Source of the DNA: Nymphaea colorata
Taxonomy: Eukaryota
Assembly (NCBI RefSeq): GCF_008831285.2
Contig: NC_045138.2
Location: forward strand, 28,086,001 to 28,150,000
DNA: 64,000 nt
Direction: 5' to 3'
The notes under the pieces are model-generated. The model did no database searches. It worked only from the letters and a program-made list of their open reading frames with translations, and had not been told where the DNA came from. Shown piece by piece: positions 49,436 through 62,600 of the stretch. How positions within the stretch are numbered: the stretch's first letter is position 1; every line of letters starts with the position of its first letter. Position numbers and translations under genes: made by a program.

Positions 49436-52400
49436 ATGGGTATGGCCGTTCCCCCGGATCCAGACCACCACAAGGTAAAGGAAATAGTCTCCATCTGAAA
49501 AGTTTTTAGCAGATCGTGGTCTAGGGTTTATGATTCGGGAATTCTGGGGTTTTTCGACTGATCAGCGTTTAATCTTTTCTTTTGAAGGACTCGCCGTCGA
49601 TGGAGGGGTTGGAGAAGAAGGAGAGAAGGTGGACGCTCAACGATTTTGAGATAGGGAAGCCTCTCGGGAGGGGGAAGTTTGGGAACGTCTACTTGGCCCG
49701 GGAGAAGAAGGTGAGGGGGAAGGGTTTTTTTCTTTTTCCTATTTTTGAGGGTTTTTTTCCAGTCTTGAAAAATAAGTTTAATTCGGGGGACATTTGCCAT
49801 TTTTTTCGTCTTCGGATCTCTTTTCCTTTTTTCTTTCTTTCTAATTTTCCATTTGATCTGTTTCTTGTTCATCTTCGTGATTCATCAATGATCATGAAGA
49901 GGGCCCTAGTTTAGGGTTTGGAAATGTATTACGTTCTAGGGCTTGGTTTCCTCTGATGAAGGCGGCTTAGGTGATGGTGTTAAAGCATCGTCTCGACCCC
50001 TCATTTTCCATGACCGACCATCATGGTTGTCCTGTCCCATTTCGACGCAGAATAGGTCATGCAAGAACACGAGATTTGGTACAATTACGATCGTGCGTCG
50101 TAGTTGTTGATGCGTCCCACAGAACATTTCTCAGCATTCCTGTTGTGCCTCTCCCACCAGTTGCTGCAGTATTCGGCGTTGGGAAGTGCAACGATGTTCC
50201 ATTGCCAGGTGGTGTCGATAGTTTATATAAGGCGTATGGTCTTATCTCTGTGTCCGGGGACACTCTAAATGTTAGAAGGAAAATTTATCCGAATTTTTTT
50301 CTTCACCACGTTTGTCGATCGGTTTGTTTAACATATTTTCACATTTTCTTGTGTCCTGAATGGTATGCTTTTGGTGCAGAGCAAATATATAGTGGCGCTG
50401 AAAGTTCTGTTTAAAAGTCAACTTAAGCAATCCCAGGTTGAACACCAACTGCGCCGAGAAGTAGAGATCCAGAGCCACTTGCGGCATCCTAATATACTTC
50501 GTTTGTATGGATATTTCTACGATCAGGTGCGAGTTTTTTATAGTAGTTTTGTTTTATTATACATTATTAACTGAAATCTAAATTAGTTTAGGCTTTTGGC
50601 CAATGAGTAGGCTTCTCTTATCCAAGTTCTCTTTTGGATGCTAGACTCGAGTTTACTTGATTTTGGAGTATGCAGCAAAAGGTGAGCTGTATAAAGAGTT
50701 ACAGAGGTGCAAGTACTTCCCAGAAAAGCGAGCTGCAACAGTAAGTTCACTTGAATCAATACAGTGTGCTTCTGTGGTGTTTGTCTTTGTCTTCGGGAAA
50801 TCTACCCTGAAATTTTATTGCTTTGTAAGTGAATACACGTGCGTGAAAGTCAAGATCAATTGAACATTTTACAGCAGATGCTAGCCATTTTCATGATCAA
50901 TGTCACATATTTTTCAACAGAAGTTGCCAAGATGGTCATCTGAAACAATTCATTGTGCTCTGCGGCTCTGCCTATGTCAAGTGATCTCTTTGATGGATTC
51001 TGAAAGTTACCAATCTTCATGATTTCCCCAGATGCCACTCATGTTATTATCACGTCTCTTAATGAGCCGAAAGAACCCATCCCCAGCCTTTAGATAATGC
51101 TTAATAAGCCAACCAATTTACAATACCAATAACGGAATGCTTATGTTTATGTTTGTCTTGCAGTATATTGCTTCTTTGGCACAAGCACTGATTTACTGCC
51201 ACGGGAAGCACGTCATACACCGAGATATTAAGCCGGAGAACCTGCTAGTTGGTGTGCAGGTAATGGTTTGCAAGCAAACATTTATTGTGCGTGTCACTTA
51301 CAATAAAAGTGAATAGCTCAGATGGATGTGTTTTACAGGGCGAGCTAAAGATTGCTGATTTTGGGTGGTCTGTGCATACTTTTGATAGAAGACGGACGAT
51401 GTGTGGGACATTGGACTATCTTCCTCCTGAAATGGGTAAGTTGGAAGAATGAACTAATTATGGTTGGTTATGCAACACAAACGATACTAAAAACCCAGCT
51501 GTGGGAAAGCCACTAAGGTGGGTACTGTACTGTGTGGGTGCCCAAGCGGGGGGAGGATCTGGTTTGCTCCACTGAGTTGGAGTGTTTATGTTGCTTCCGT
51601 TGTCGCTTGAATTAACTTGGACTGGGACTTGGATTAAGGCCCTATCAAAGTTGTCATAAACGTTTTACATAATGTACCTTTTTGGAGACAAACTGAATTG
51701 CTTTATGGGTTTGACCAGTTATTTGCTACTTTTGATACATTTTCAGTTCATATTAACATCTGCGATTTGCTTGCAGTGGAAAGCAGAGAACACGATGCCA
51801 GTGTGGATATTTGGAGTCTGGGGGTATTATGCTATGAATTTCTCTATGGAGTACCTCCCTTTGAGGCAAAGGAACACTCTGACACATACAGGAGGTATTC
51901 TGTTTCTGCCCTGGATTTTCTATTCATGAGGCTCCTTTCTACTGGGCTGGAGCGTTTTCAATTACTGTCTACAAAAAAAAAAAAGTAGTGGGGGCAGCTT
52001 TTGCTGTCAATCATGGTTGCATTCCTGAGTTTTGGCAATCACACGAGTAGTAGTGACAGAGATTAATGTTTCTTTTGGTCTTCTTTACTGAAAGCCACAG
52101 GAACGTTTATGTGCTTTTTGATGCTTGCTGAACAAAAGTTTGAGCAGGTTATCTGACAGTTTTTCTGCTACTACCAATGCAGGATTGTAAAAGTTGATTT
52201 GAAGTTTCCGCCCAAGCCGATTGTTTCTGCAGCAGCCAAGGATCTAATTAGTCAAGTCTGTACTCATTTTTTCCCTTTTCCAAATTTCCCTCTCTGTGAT
52301 AGTGGTTTTACTCGTGCTGCCAAAAGGGAAACAAAAACACTCACGATCTGTATTTGTTGCTGTGCAGCTACTTGTCAAAGATTCGTCCCAGCGTTTACCT

Positions 52401-52469
52401 CTGCATAAACTTCTCGAGCATCCATGGATCATCCAAAATGCTGATCCATCAGGAATATATAGGCCTTGA
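49436..52469 (+). CDS. AUR1: Aurora kinase, alpha-type (AUR1/AUR2-like), 9 exons, ~296 aa
   Basis: Exons 49436-49474, 49588-49710, 50380-50526, 50645-50740, 51164-51259, 51339-51435, 51777-51894, 52183-52255 and 52368-52469. Motifs [65 protein letters not shown] and C-terminal NADPSGIY. The AUR1 versus AUR2 name is not resolvable. Confidence 0.95.
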
Positions 52470-53606
52470 TAGTTCGAGAGATGTATTTGTGATTTGATAT
52501 CCAATCCCAGGCTTTCACGGTCAAAGCCTTGCATTCTTTGTCGAGGAAAATGTGCTGGTTTTCATGCTATATAGATGTATGATATATAAAGAGGATAATG
52601 CTTCCTTTTCAACATTTCTGTCATTCATATAATGTTTTAGTCTTCAACTTGACACACTCTCTCTCTCTCGATGCTATGACTACTTTTATTCATAACCCGT
52701 CAAGTTGATTTCTTTATTCTCCACGCTTGGTAGAAGAAATTTTCCAATGACTCAAATCTTAATTTCTCAATATATCAACTTAGGCAGGCGCCCGTTAAAA
52801 GAATCCCTCGGTTTGCGTCTCTTGTGCAAAATTCATCCGGTCTCCTCCAAAAATATCATCCTTCAATCTGATCCAGTAAATGCTAGTACATATGCCCATG
52901 GTCTCACAGTGCGCCTGAGTTAGTGAATGGGACAGGGAAACAGTGCGCCTGAGTTAGTGAATGGGACAGGGAACCTTCAAATTGAAGGGGAGATCAAGAG
53001 CCCAGTACAATGCAGAGTGCGTGTTTCACAACTGGAAATGTCCACCTAAACCCACCTTGTCGAAATATAATGAGCAATAAAAAATGATGCTGCCGTGTGC
53101 TTGCCTTGCATGAAGTTTCTGACTGGAGTGACTTTCATTTCTAGGCTTCTCATAATATCAGAAAGGCGACCTTTGAAGCTAAATTGATACTATGAGTGAC
53201 AAACAATGCATATTAGACTAAACTTTTTGTAATGAAATGTTACACCGAGAGGTCAGGTTGGCTGGACCTAGAACTAAGAGAGGGTTAGCCGACACTGGCG
53301 CTTGGTTCAGTCTTTTGTGCATATTAGATTCAGACTCGGATCCGATTTTGTAAACCTGAATTTGTATTGGCAATCCCACGAGAGGAGGACTGTCTTGAGT
53401 CCAGCTGAACGGGTGCGGATCTAATCATATCAGACCCGAACCTTCTTCTACACAAGCAGTCGCACTGGGCAAGACATGCGCGCGGGAACGGCGAGCCGAG
53501 CCTCCTGGCGTGGGCGCGCGCCGTATTTTGCTCCTTTCTCTCCATCCTTCTGTTTGAAAAAACTGGAGAGTCGGTTCGCCTCCTTGCAAGTACCCCTGCC
53601 ATCTCT

Positions 53607-56600
53607 ATGCAGGGTGCTCTCACTCGCCTCTCCTTCTGCCCACGCATGCAGCCCTTCCGTCGCCTCCTCCATTTCGTTGCCGCCGTCCGAAGAAGCCCGA
53701 CTCTGCCCGCCGGCGTGTTCTGCCGATGTCCCGACGGGCCGAGCCCTAGGGGCATTTGTAGGGCTCTTAGTTCTCGAGCCCGCGGGGACGATCTTAGCAG
53801 CGGCGACGAGAGGTTCTCTCTGCCGGAGTCGAGAGTGACAAGAAAGCGGACGGGCAAGACCCGGGTGTCGTGGGTCTGTGAGAACTGCGGTGAGTCATTC
53901 GGCCAGTGGTGGGGCACTTGCCAATCCTGCAAGCTCGTCGGGACGCTCCGCCAATTCTCGGAATTGGAGGCTGCTGGCGCGGGGGAGAGGAGACGGGGCT
54001 CCGAGGTGGCGGAGGGTGTCACCAGGTCATGGTTCCAACAGGGCTCAGGCGAGGCGCGGCCGCTCAGTTTGGCGGACGTCAGCAAGAGGGTCAATCCGGC
54101 TGAGTGGCGGATTCCTCTGTGAGTTCTCCTTGTCATGTTCTACTCTACTTCGGTCTTCCTGTCGTAGCTTTCATAATTTCGTGTACGTGCTTTAGCTTCT
54201 TGTTTTAGTTTTTTTTTATATGCTCTATATTTGTTCTGCACTCTATCCGAAGAAATATTGTGTACTATTTTCTAAATGAATGAGATTGGGCACCTGTGCG
54301 CTTATGAGTTTGTGGAATGGCTGGCAGAAGGTTTCGACTGATCCCGCGAACTCTTGGAAAATGTGAAACCGAAACTTTACTATATACTCAATTAACAATA
54401 ATCACAAAATAGCTTTCTGATAATTGAATCAGTTTTTCCTGATTTCGGAGTGCACCTTTAATATTAAAAATATCGTAGTTTTTTTTAAATTTATATATTT
54501 CTGCGTGCCTTTGAGTTTATGCTTCGGTGAAAGTCTAATTTATAGTTTTACCGTGGCATTTAGCGAGTTGTTAGAATTTCCACAAATGCTATATCACAAC
54601 GTGCAGTTTGTAATTCACCTTTGCCAATTGATGTTTCTTGGTGTTCTTATTTTCTTTTTATGATTTATATTTAGTTTGATCTGATACGGGTTGTTATTTG
54701 AAACTTTTATGACTATGTTTTGATTTAATTCTCTTTAATCAAAGCTACATTTTTATATGTGAAAAGCCTAACTTTTTCTGATATTTCATCAATCAAATTT
54801 GTGCAGTAAAAGTACTGGTTTCTATTAAATATCTATTGTATTGTCTTCTTGTACTTACAATGATATTTTCTATTGTCTATCCCTGGTTGTTATATTGGTT
54901 CTTATTTTGTATTATTCCTTACTATTTTTATGCATTTCTTGTTTTAGCTTTTATACTAATTCATGGAGCTATTCTTGTTGCTTGAATATCAGATCTGGAC
55001 TTTTTGGGATGGAGGTTGCAAGGGTTCTTGGTGGAGGAGTTGTGCCAGGTATTAAAAAATTTTCTCATGTGCTGTTCTTTTATTTCTCATGTGTTGTTCA
55101 TATTTCAAATCTGCTGGAAGGTTGATAGTTTTAAGTTCAAGTAATGGTGTGGAAGACAAACTGAAATTTTGATATCATATTGTACACTATCTAAGAAATG
55201 CAGTCAACTTTAATATTCTATGCTCATTTTTTATGATGCCTTGTTAGGATAATATTGACATATTAGGCATCCACTGTGAGCTGTGAGATTTGGATTGTGC
55301 TTTTAAGTTTATTTCTTCACCATCCTATACTGTAGATTAGCTATTATGCAACGCTATGAACTGTAATTTTAGCATAAATTACTTTCTTAAATTTGCTTTA
55401 TAATGTCGAAGCATCTTCCTGTGTGAATTGAGGAAAATGCAATATATCATGATGTAATTGATCCTCTGTAGTGATTATCATATTGAACTTTATGTATTTC
55501 TTGTCCTTCTTACGGTATGTCAGTAGTTATTTTGTTCGTGCGTCAGTTGAACATTTTAGCTGTTATTTGTAGGCTCCTTAATTTTAATTGGTGGTGATCC
55601 TGGTGTTGGGAAAAGTACATTTTTATTGCAGGTATTACCCCTTTTTTATTCTTTTTGTTGTTCGTTGCACAAGTTTCTTAGTTCTTGAAGCTCTTGATTA
55701 GTCTGATTACTGACATAGAGGATGGTCACCTTGTTCCACTAAGTATCAGTTTCCAAATATATTACAAGAAATGTTAGAATGTTGCTTCCATTTATGTTGT
55801 AGATTGCTGCTATGCTCGCTGAAGGATGTGATGCCAGTGGCCCTGCTCCTGTTGTATATGTCTCAGGTGAAGAGGTTAGATGTCCTTTTTTCACATTCGT
55901 ATCTGGGATGTTTCCTTTCATTACGTTTGAAGATGACATTTTCCTTCCTATTTCAGAAAAGGGGTGTGGGAAATTTGCACAATTTTAAGTCATTTCCTGA
56001 TGTCTTATCTTCCTTCGGTCATACTTTATTGTCCTTTTGCTTGTCTGGTTAAAAAAAAATGTGGCTGCTCTGTTTTGTTGGTTGGCAAGTTGAGTTAGGC
56101 AGATTCCCGTCAACTTATACGAGTAGGCAATAGCTACTGTACCCCTAGTATCCTCCAGCATGAGGATGGTGTGTCTCCCTCACCAGGTGGATGGAACTTT
56201 TGTCGGTAACTTGGCTGTTTATTGTTGGTAGAATTTACTAAATCACAATGGTGGTCCTTGCATGACAGAGCATCGAGCAGATTGGCAATCGTGCTGATCG
56301 CATGCAAATTGGGACTGGATACCTTTTTCTATATTCAAGTACTGACATTGAGGTATTGACCTATCTGATTGAATGCTCAATTATGATATTGTTTGTATAT
56401 CTGGGGCAGTTTCTGTTGGGTGATTTTCTGTCACTTCCTTTTTACTCATCATTTATTGGATTCAAGTATATCCTGATAGTCTCCGGGATTCTGGGTTTTA
56501 GTTTTATAAGAATATCATAGCATTCAGTAACTGAATGTGTATCATATATTTTTGGCCGCCACCGGTACACTTCTTCACAAACTCTATCTTGATATTCATG

Positions 56601-59600
56601 CTTGAAGAAGGAATTCGTCAATAATTTTGGGCAACTTCAGTCAGCCTGTTGTCTGGATGATAAGTCTGTTCTGAGCATATTTCTTTTATTGTTTATGCTA
56701 TTCAATACGTTATTCAAAAGAACCAAAAATGCATCATGTGGAGCTGAAAATGGAAAACTAAAAAGCGAAAGTTTGCAAAGTTAGTCTCGTAATCTGTTTT
56801 CCGTTTTACTGTATTTGTTTTAAACTGTCAAACCTTCCACCCTTGTAAGGCTTTTACATTCATGTACCAGTACCATAGTTGAAATAATATAATAAAATGA
56901 CTATTAGTTCATGAGGCACATGATATGTTTATGTCATTTTTTTTTCTTTCCTTGCAATTGACTTTTTCTTTTTTTGTTCTTAGGATATCTTGGAAAAAAT
57001 CCTAGTGCTTTCTCCTCGAGCTCTAATTGTTGACTCTATTCAAACTGTATACTTAAAAGGTGTGCCTGGAAGTGCAGGAAGTGTTTCGCAGGTTTGCACT
57101 TGCCATTATTTTTCAAAATTTGGGTTGTTTGTCTCTGTTTTGGTATGCCCTGTGGACCATATTATAAGATGGTTGTGCTGTTTTAAGATAATTTGTGCTT
57201 GCTTCTAGGGTAGAATATCTTTGACATAGTGATTTGTTTTAGAGCTTCTAATTGCTTAGTTGTCTTTAATGTTTACGTTATGTCTTTTAAGTTTTTAACA
57301 CCATTTTTTATTGTAGGTCAAGGAATGCACTTCTGCATTGCTGCGTTTTGCCAAGCAAACAAATGTCCCTGTGTTTCTGGTGTGTTACATTCTACATAGT
57401 CTACTAAACAGCGTTACATATAAGCCTCTTTCCCTCTCTCCCACATATGTTTGCATGTGTGTGGGTACATTGGGAAACAGCAAAGAAAATGTATAAAATG
57501 TATGTATATATACTACACACACACACACACACACACACATAAACGAAATGACATCAACCAAAAAGACAGCCTCTACACTTCCCAGTCACTTTTTTATAAA
57601 AAGTGAAGCTCCATGAATAATCCTTTGCAAAGGAAAAATGAGGTGCACATGTTGGGTAAACTGCATCCACCATCTTTTTTTTTTATATATTTTTTTATCT
57701 AAAAAAGTATTATTTTATAGCTATTCTTGTTTTTATCAACTCAAATCTTATAAAATTTTGAAGTTACTTTTGTTCTATGTTGCATGCTTCATAAAGTATT
57801 TCAGGGTTTTGTAGGATCTATTGATTGGTGATGATAAATTGCTTTTTGTGCTTTGATAATGTCTTACCATTTTATACTGATTCTTTAATTTTGGTGCCTC
57901 CATTTTTCAGATTGGGCACGTTACAAAAACTGGAGACATTGCTGGCCCACGTGTACTAGAGCACATTGTTGATGCTGTTCTGTATATGGAAGTTGGTATT
58001 CTATATTCATTTATTGTGCTTTTCCACTTTATAGATAAATAAGAAGGCATTTTCCTCCTGTTATTCTTTCAAGTTTCAACATTTGCGGGCTAAGAAAAGT
58101 AGTTCTGTCATCAGTTGAGATTTGTAATGTGGAAGTTGTGGGAGCCTGGGAGATTATAGTGTTCCTTTGGTGTTCTAGTGGAAGCAAATGGTACAGATGA
58201 CTGCTTGCATGTTTCATATTCTTTCTTGTGATAAAATTATCTTTATTTCTTCATTTATCTTGTTGCAGTTGTCTCTCAGTTACTTCTTTAAAATTAGGAT
58301 ATGCTTCTTGGAACTTTAACTGTAGTTTAACAAATCCTTTTTCAGTATCAATTTTTCTCTTGAAGGGGTCCATGTACATAATGTGTTGCTGGTTCCTGCT
58401 GTTTCTCATGCATCTTTTGTTTATGATTGGTTTAACTTTTACGTGACTATTTGTATCAGGGATAAATTGATGAATACATTTAAAGACAATCTGGTACTCC
58501 TATAGCGCCATAGGTTTTACATAATGGGATTAGAGTGGTCATGAGCCATGCTGCTATTCTTCAATATTATCTTACTAGTTCTAGCCTACTGACCAGGCAT
58601 TGGTTTTCCTGTTTTACTAGCATGACATTATCTATGTGGCATTATGTTTATTAGGCTCAAACACATTGCTCAGTTCTGCGAGTGCTACATACTCTTTGCT
58701 AGTTAATTTTCATATGTGGTAACCACTTTCGACTACAAAATAGATGGCACATGTATAGAATACATACATTGCCTATTGGCCTTTGAGCAGTCCGAAGTCT
58801 TCATATGTAGAGTAGATATGTATAGAATACATACATTGCCCACTGGCCTTTGAGCAGTCCGAAGTCTTCATATGTAGAGTAGATATGTATAGAATACATA
58901 CATTGCCCATTGGCCTTTGAGCAATCCGAAGTCTTCATATGTAGAGTAGATATTTGGTCCATTAGTCCTGGAGAAATTCTAGGCTCTAATAGTCGTTCTA
59001 CACTAAATCAACAGCCAATGATGATATAGTATCGTCCCAATTGTCTTGATATATCAAATAATAGTTGTCTAGAGAGTCATTCCTTAGTTTTGGTGTGGCT
59101 TGTTGTAGCATTAATGTAGTTTGTGTCTTTTTGGTTGATAAAAGTGGAAAGCACTTTTGTTTTACTTTTGGTGTTCCACATGGTAGCGGTTGCGGTTCTT
59201 GAAATGTATTGTCAAAATCATGAATAACTGTTTCATGTGTTTCTAAAAATCCTATCAGCAGGAATAACTTTGCCTCCTCCCTTTTTGGGAGTAAATTTCC
59301 TATTTTTAGAAATTTACCTGATTCGTTTTGTATTTTCTTAATTTTTATGCTGTTGAATTTTATTCCTGATTGGACATTGATGATAGGTTTTCTTTTTTTG
59401 GTACAGGGTGAGAGATACATGTCCCATCGTTTGTTGCGGTCTGTAAAGAACCGTTTTGGATCCACCGACGAGGTTGGTCTAAAAGACTCCCTTCAGACAT
59501 GAAATTTTTTAATTGATTTTGAGGATTAAAAGAATGTGGCCTGAAGAATCATTGACATTTCCTATGAGTTTTAATTTCAGTAGTCTTGAATACCATAATG

Positions 59601-62600
59601 CCTGTTGGCAGTACTCTGAGGCATCTCCTCATGACAATAATGTATCAACTACTATCAAGTGTTGTTCAAATAGGCAAAATGGAAACTGTTGACGTACAGT
59701 GCATAAAGGGTGAGCTGTAGCTTCATTTGCATGGAGGGTAACCTGTAGGACCTGTGTCCCTTACAAATGCACATGCGGTGCATAAATGTGCTATTGAGGG
59801 TTCTATATATGACTGCTCAAAATTGTTTGTGGATGATAAATTATCATAGTTCATAGGTCTTCACCATTGGAAGTTGTATTAATAGAATATTTTACCTTCT
59901 CAGCTTGGGGTATTTGAAATGTCCCACTCTGGTCTTCAAGCTGCTTCAAATCCAAGTGAGATCTTCTTAAGTGAGAATAATTGTAATTCAGAAGTTTTAG
60001 CGGGCTTAGCCGTCTCTGTTATTATTGATGGATCTCGGATCTTTCTCCTGGAGGTTCAGGTATTCTCTGACATGCCTCATCAATGTGCTGGTTCAATTTT
60101 TCGTTTGTACTTTTTCACAGGAGTGAATTTCATGATACAGTTCTTTTCTGTGATTGAACATTATGATGTCCGGATGGTTCTGCTCTTTGGGTAGCTACTT
60201 CACTATATTGTCCTTTCTTCGTGCATTTGATTTGTGTTCTATATTTGATCTTGTGCATGGGTCTTGCATACATCCTATTCGTTCCATTTGCATTTGCCAT
60301 GCAACTTTTTTTCTTCTCAAATAACGATAGATTAGCACTGCAAATGTGGATTTCTTTTTCTACTCAATCGCAAATGCAGATCTCTTTTTTTGTCCTCTAC
60401 TCAAATCATTTGTGGTACCTATAGTTATGAGCTGCTGTTTGGTAGACCTCTGACCTGCATTAGTAACTGTCTCTGATGAGAATATATAGAACATATAGGC
60501 CTGATGAGAACAGGCCTTTGACAGGACTGTTCCACAGAGAGAGGGGGGGAGAGAAGCATAAGGAGGAGGGAGTGATTCATTGGAGGAGTAGGGTTAAAGT
60601 GTTTAGGTTCAAAGCAAGAGTATATTATGGTTGACCTGGGGCCAGGTTGGTTCTGCTGCTTCTTCACTGCTTACCCATAACTGCTTACCCATAACTGGCC
60701 TCCTCTATTCAAATTGTTGTGGTCAGATAGGCATGTCTTCACCTGTGCAAAGTGTATCTCTGCCTCATAATCTGCTGAGTGTTTTTTTTGGTAAATGTGC
60801 TTCATTTGGTCCACATTCCTTCTTCCTTTTTTTGTTATTTTTCTGAGCTGCTCTAACCCCTTATATCATATATGTTGTGAGACATGGCTTAACGCTTGGT
60901 GTAGGCTGCTTGGACTTAAACGCCTAAGCAAAAATATTTAGCTTAAACCCATAAGTGTAACAACCCAACCCACTCCTGGGTCGAGCCTCTGGTTTGGCGG
61001 ATCCCAACCCCCGCCCCCTAGCAGTTTTGGCTCCAACCCTAAAAAGGCTAGGAACCAGGACAATCATCCCATTAATGACCCTCCCTTTATAAGCCCTTGA
61101 AGATCCATCACAATCTTCAATACGAGACTAAATTTCTAGGGTGTTACAATCCACCCCCACTTAAGGCACACGCGTCTGCGCGTGTTTGAGACCCTAGCTC
61201 CGACCGGCTCTGATACCACTATAACAACCCAACCCACCCCTGTGCTCGGACCCTTGGTTCGGCAGATCCCAACCCGCCCCCTAGTAGTTTCGTTTTAAAC
61301 CCAAAAAGGCTAGGAAGCATGACAATCATCTCATTAATGACCCCTCTTTATAAGCCTTTGAAGATCCCTCACAATCTTCAATACGGGACTAAATTTATGG
61401 GGTGTTGCAATAAATCTGTAACATATCAAGCATGATGGTGTTTGCAATATTTGCTAGTATAGTATGTGGTATTATAGTGTTTTATTATGAAATCCTTGTG
61501 TGAGTAGAGCTAGGGGTTCTTATTTCACCAAATTATTCCTTTATTTGCTTTTGTTACACTGCACATAGAAGAAGCATAATTAGCAGAAGGTTCATTGGAA
61601 ATCAGTTTATCAATTCAAGAAATGGATTTTCATCGAAAGACAACCTGTTGCTTGGCCAATCAATATTTATACTCTATAGTGACTATATGTTACTTTGAGG
61701 GAAAAAATCTAATGACAAGGAATCACTGAATATGATCTAAAATATGATGTTTTTGTTTAAGTCACATGGGTACATGTGATCTTAGTATCTTACCACGTAC
61801 CATGTCGATATGTGAATACGGTGATACATGTACGTTGGTACGGCTGTATTTTAAAACAAAAAAAATTATATTTTGATACTTAATTTTTTCTTTAATTTTG
61901 ATTTCTCCCTTCTTTTTTATTTCTCTTCCACCAAGATTCTATATTTTCTTCTCATTTTTCATTAAGTTTGAGAATTTTTGTGGATTATTATATTATATTA
62001 TATATATATATATGTATATATATATACATGTATCTATATATACATATACATATATATATATTTACATATACACTCTGCATACCCAAATTTTCTAAGATCG
62101 CCATATTCGTACCCATACCCGTATCGTACCCGTACTCATGTGACTTAGTTTTTGTTTAATTCTTTGTTGTCTGAGATCAACTTCAAAAGAATAGTAAAGG
62201 AATACATGCTCAAAACTTCCTCATTCGGGGAGCATGCACCTATGTGCCTGCTTGAATATAATTTGCACATGAAATTGGCAGGGCCATAGATGTTAAATAC
62301 AGCTGCTTATCTCCTGGAATCTACTTGTCTTAACAAGAGCATCATTTCCTGGTCCATCAGATATCATAATGAACGCCATCTGTGGTGTTAACTTGGATTT
62401 TCTACTTGGAAAAGAGAAAACTTGTGGGGATTAGTAACCAAGACCAAGGCGGTCTTTGTGGGATAGGCAAGCTGGGGCTAGTTAGATCCATACCAGATTA
62501 TGCTGACAGATGCGCACCTCAGGTGTTAAATTCTTGACCTTATTCGATTAAAGGACCTAGACATAGCTTTTCCTTATGGAGGAAAGGAAGACTTAGGCAG

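Noticed and set aside
53478..53490. E2F-like site GCGCGGGAAC in the RadA promoter (and GTTCCCGC at ~49147)
   Set aside because: Deviates from the WTTSSCSS consensus at the first position and is too short to support on its own.
53330..54136. 268-aa minus-strand ORF
   Set aside because: Antisense to the GC-rich first exon of RadA, with no recognisable domain.
58751..58951. CRISPR-like appearance of tandem repeats (also 17085-17670)
   Set aside because: No unique spacers, no cas genes, and a eukaryotic intronic or TE context.
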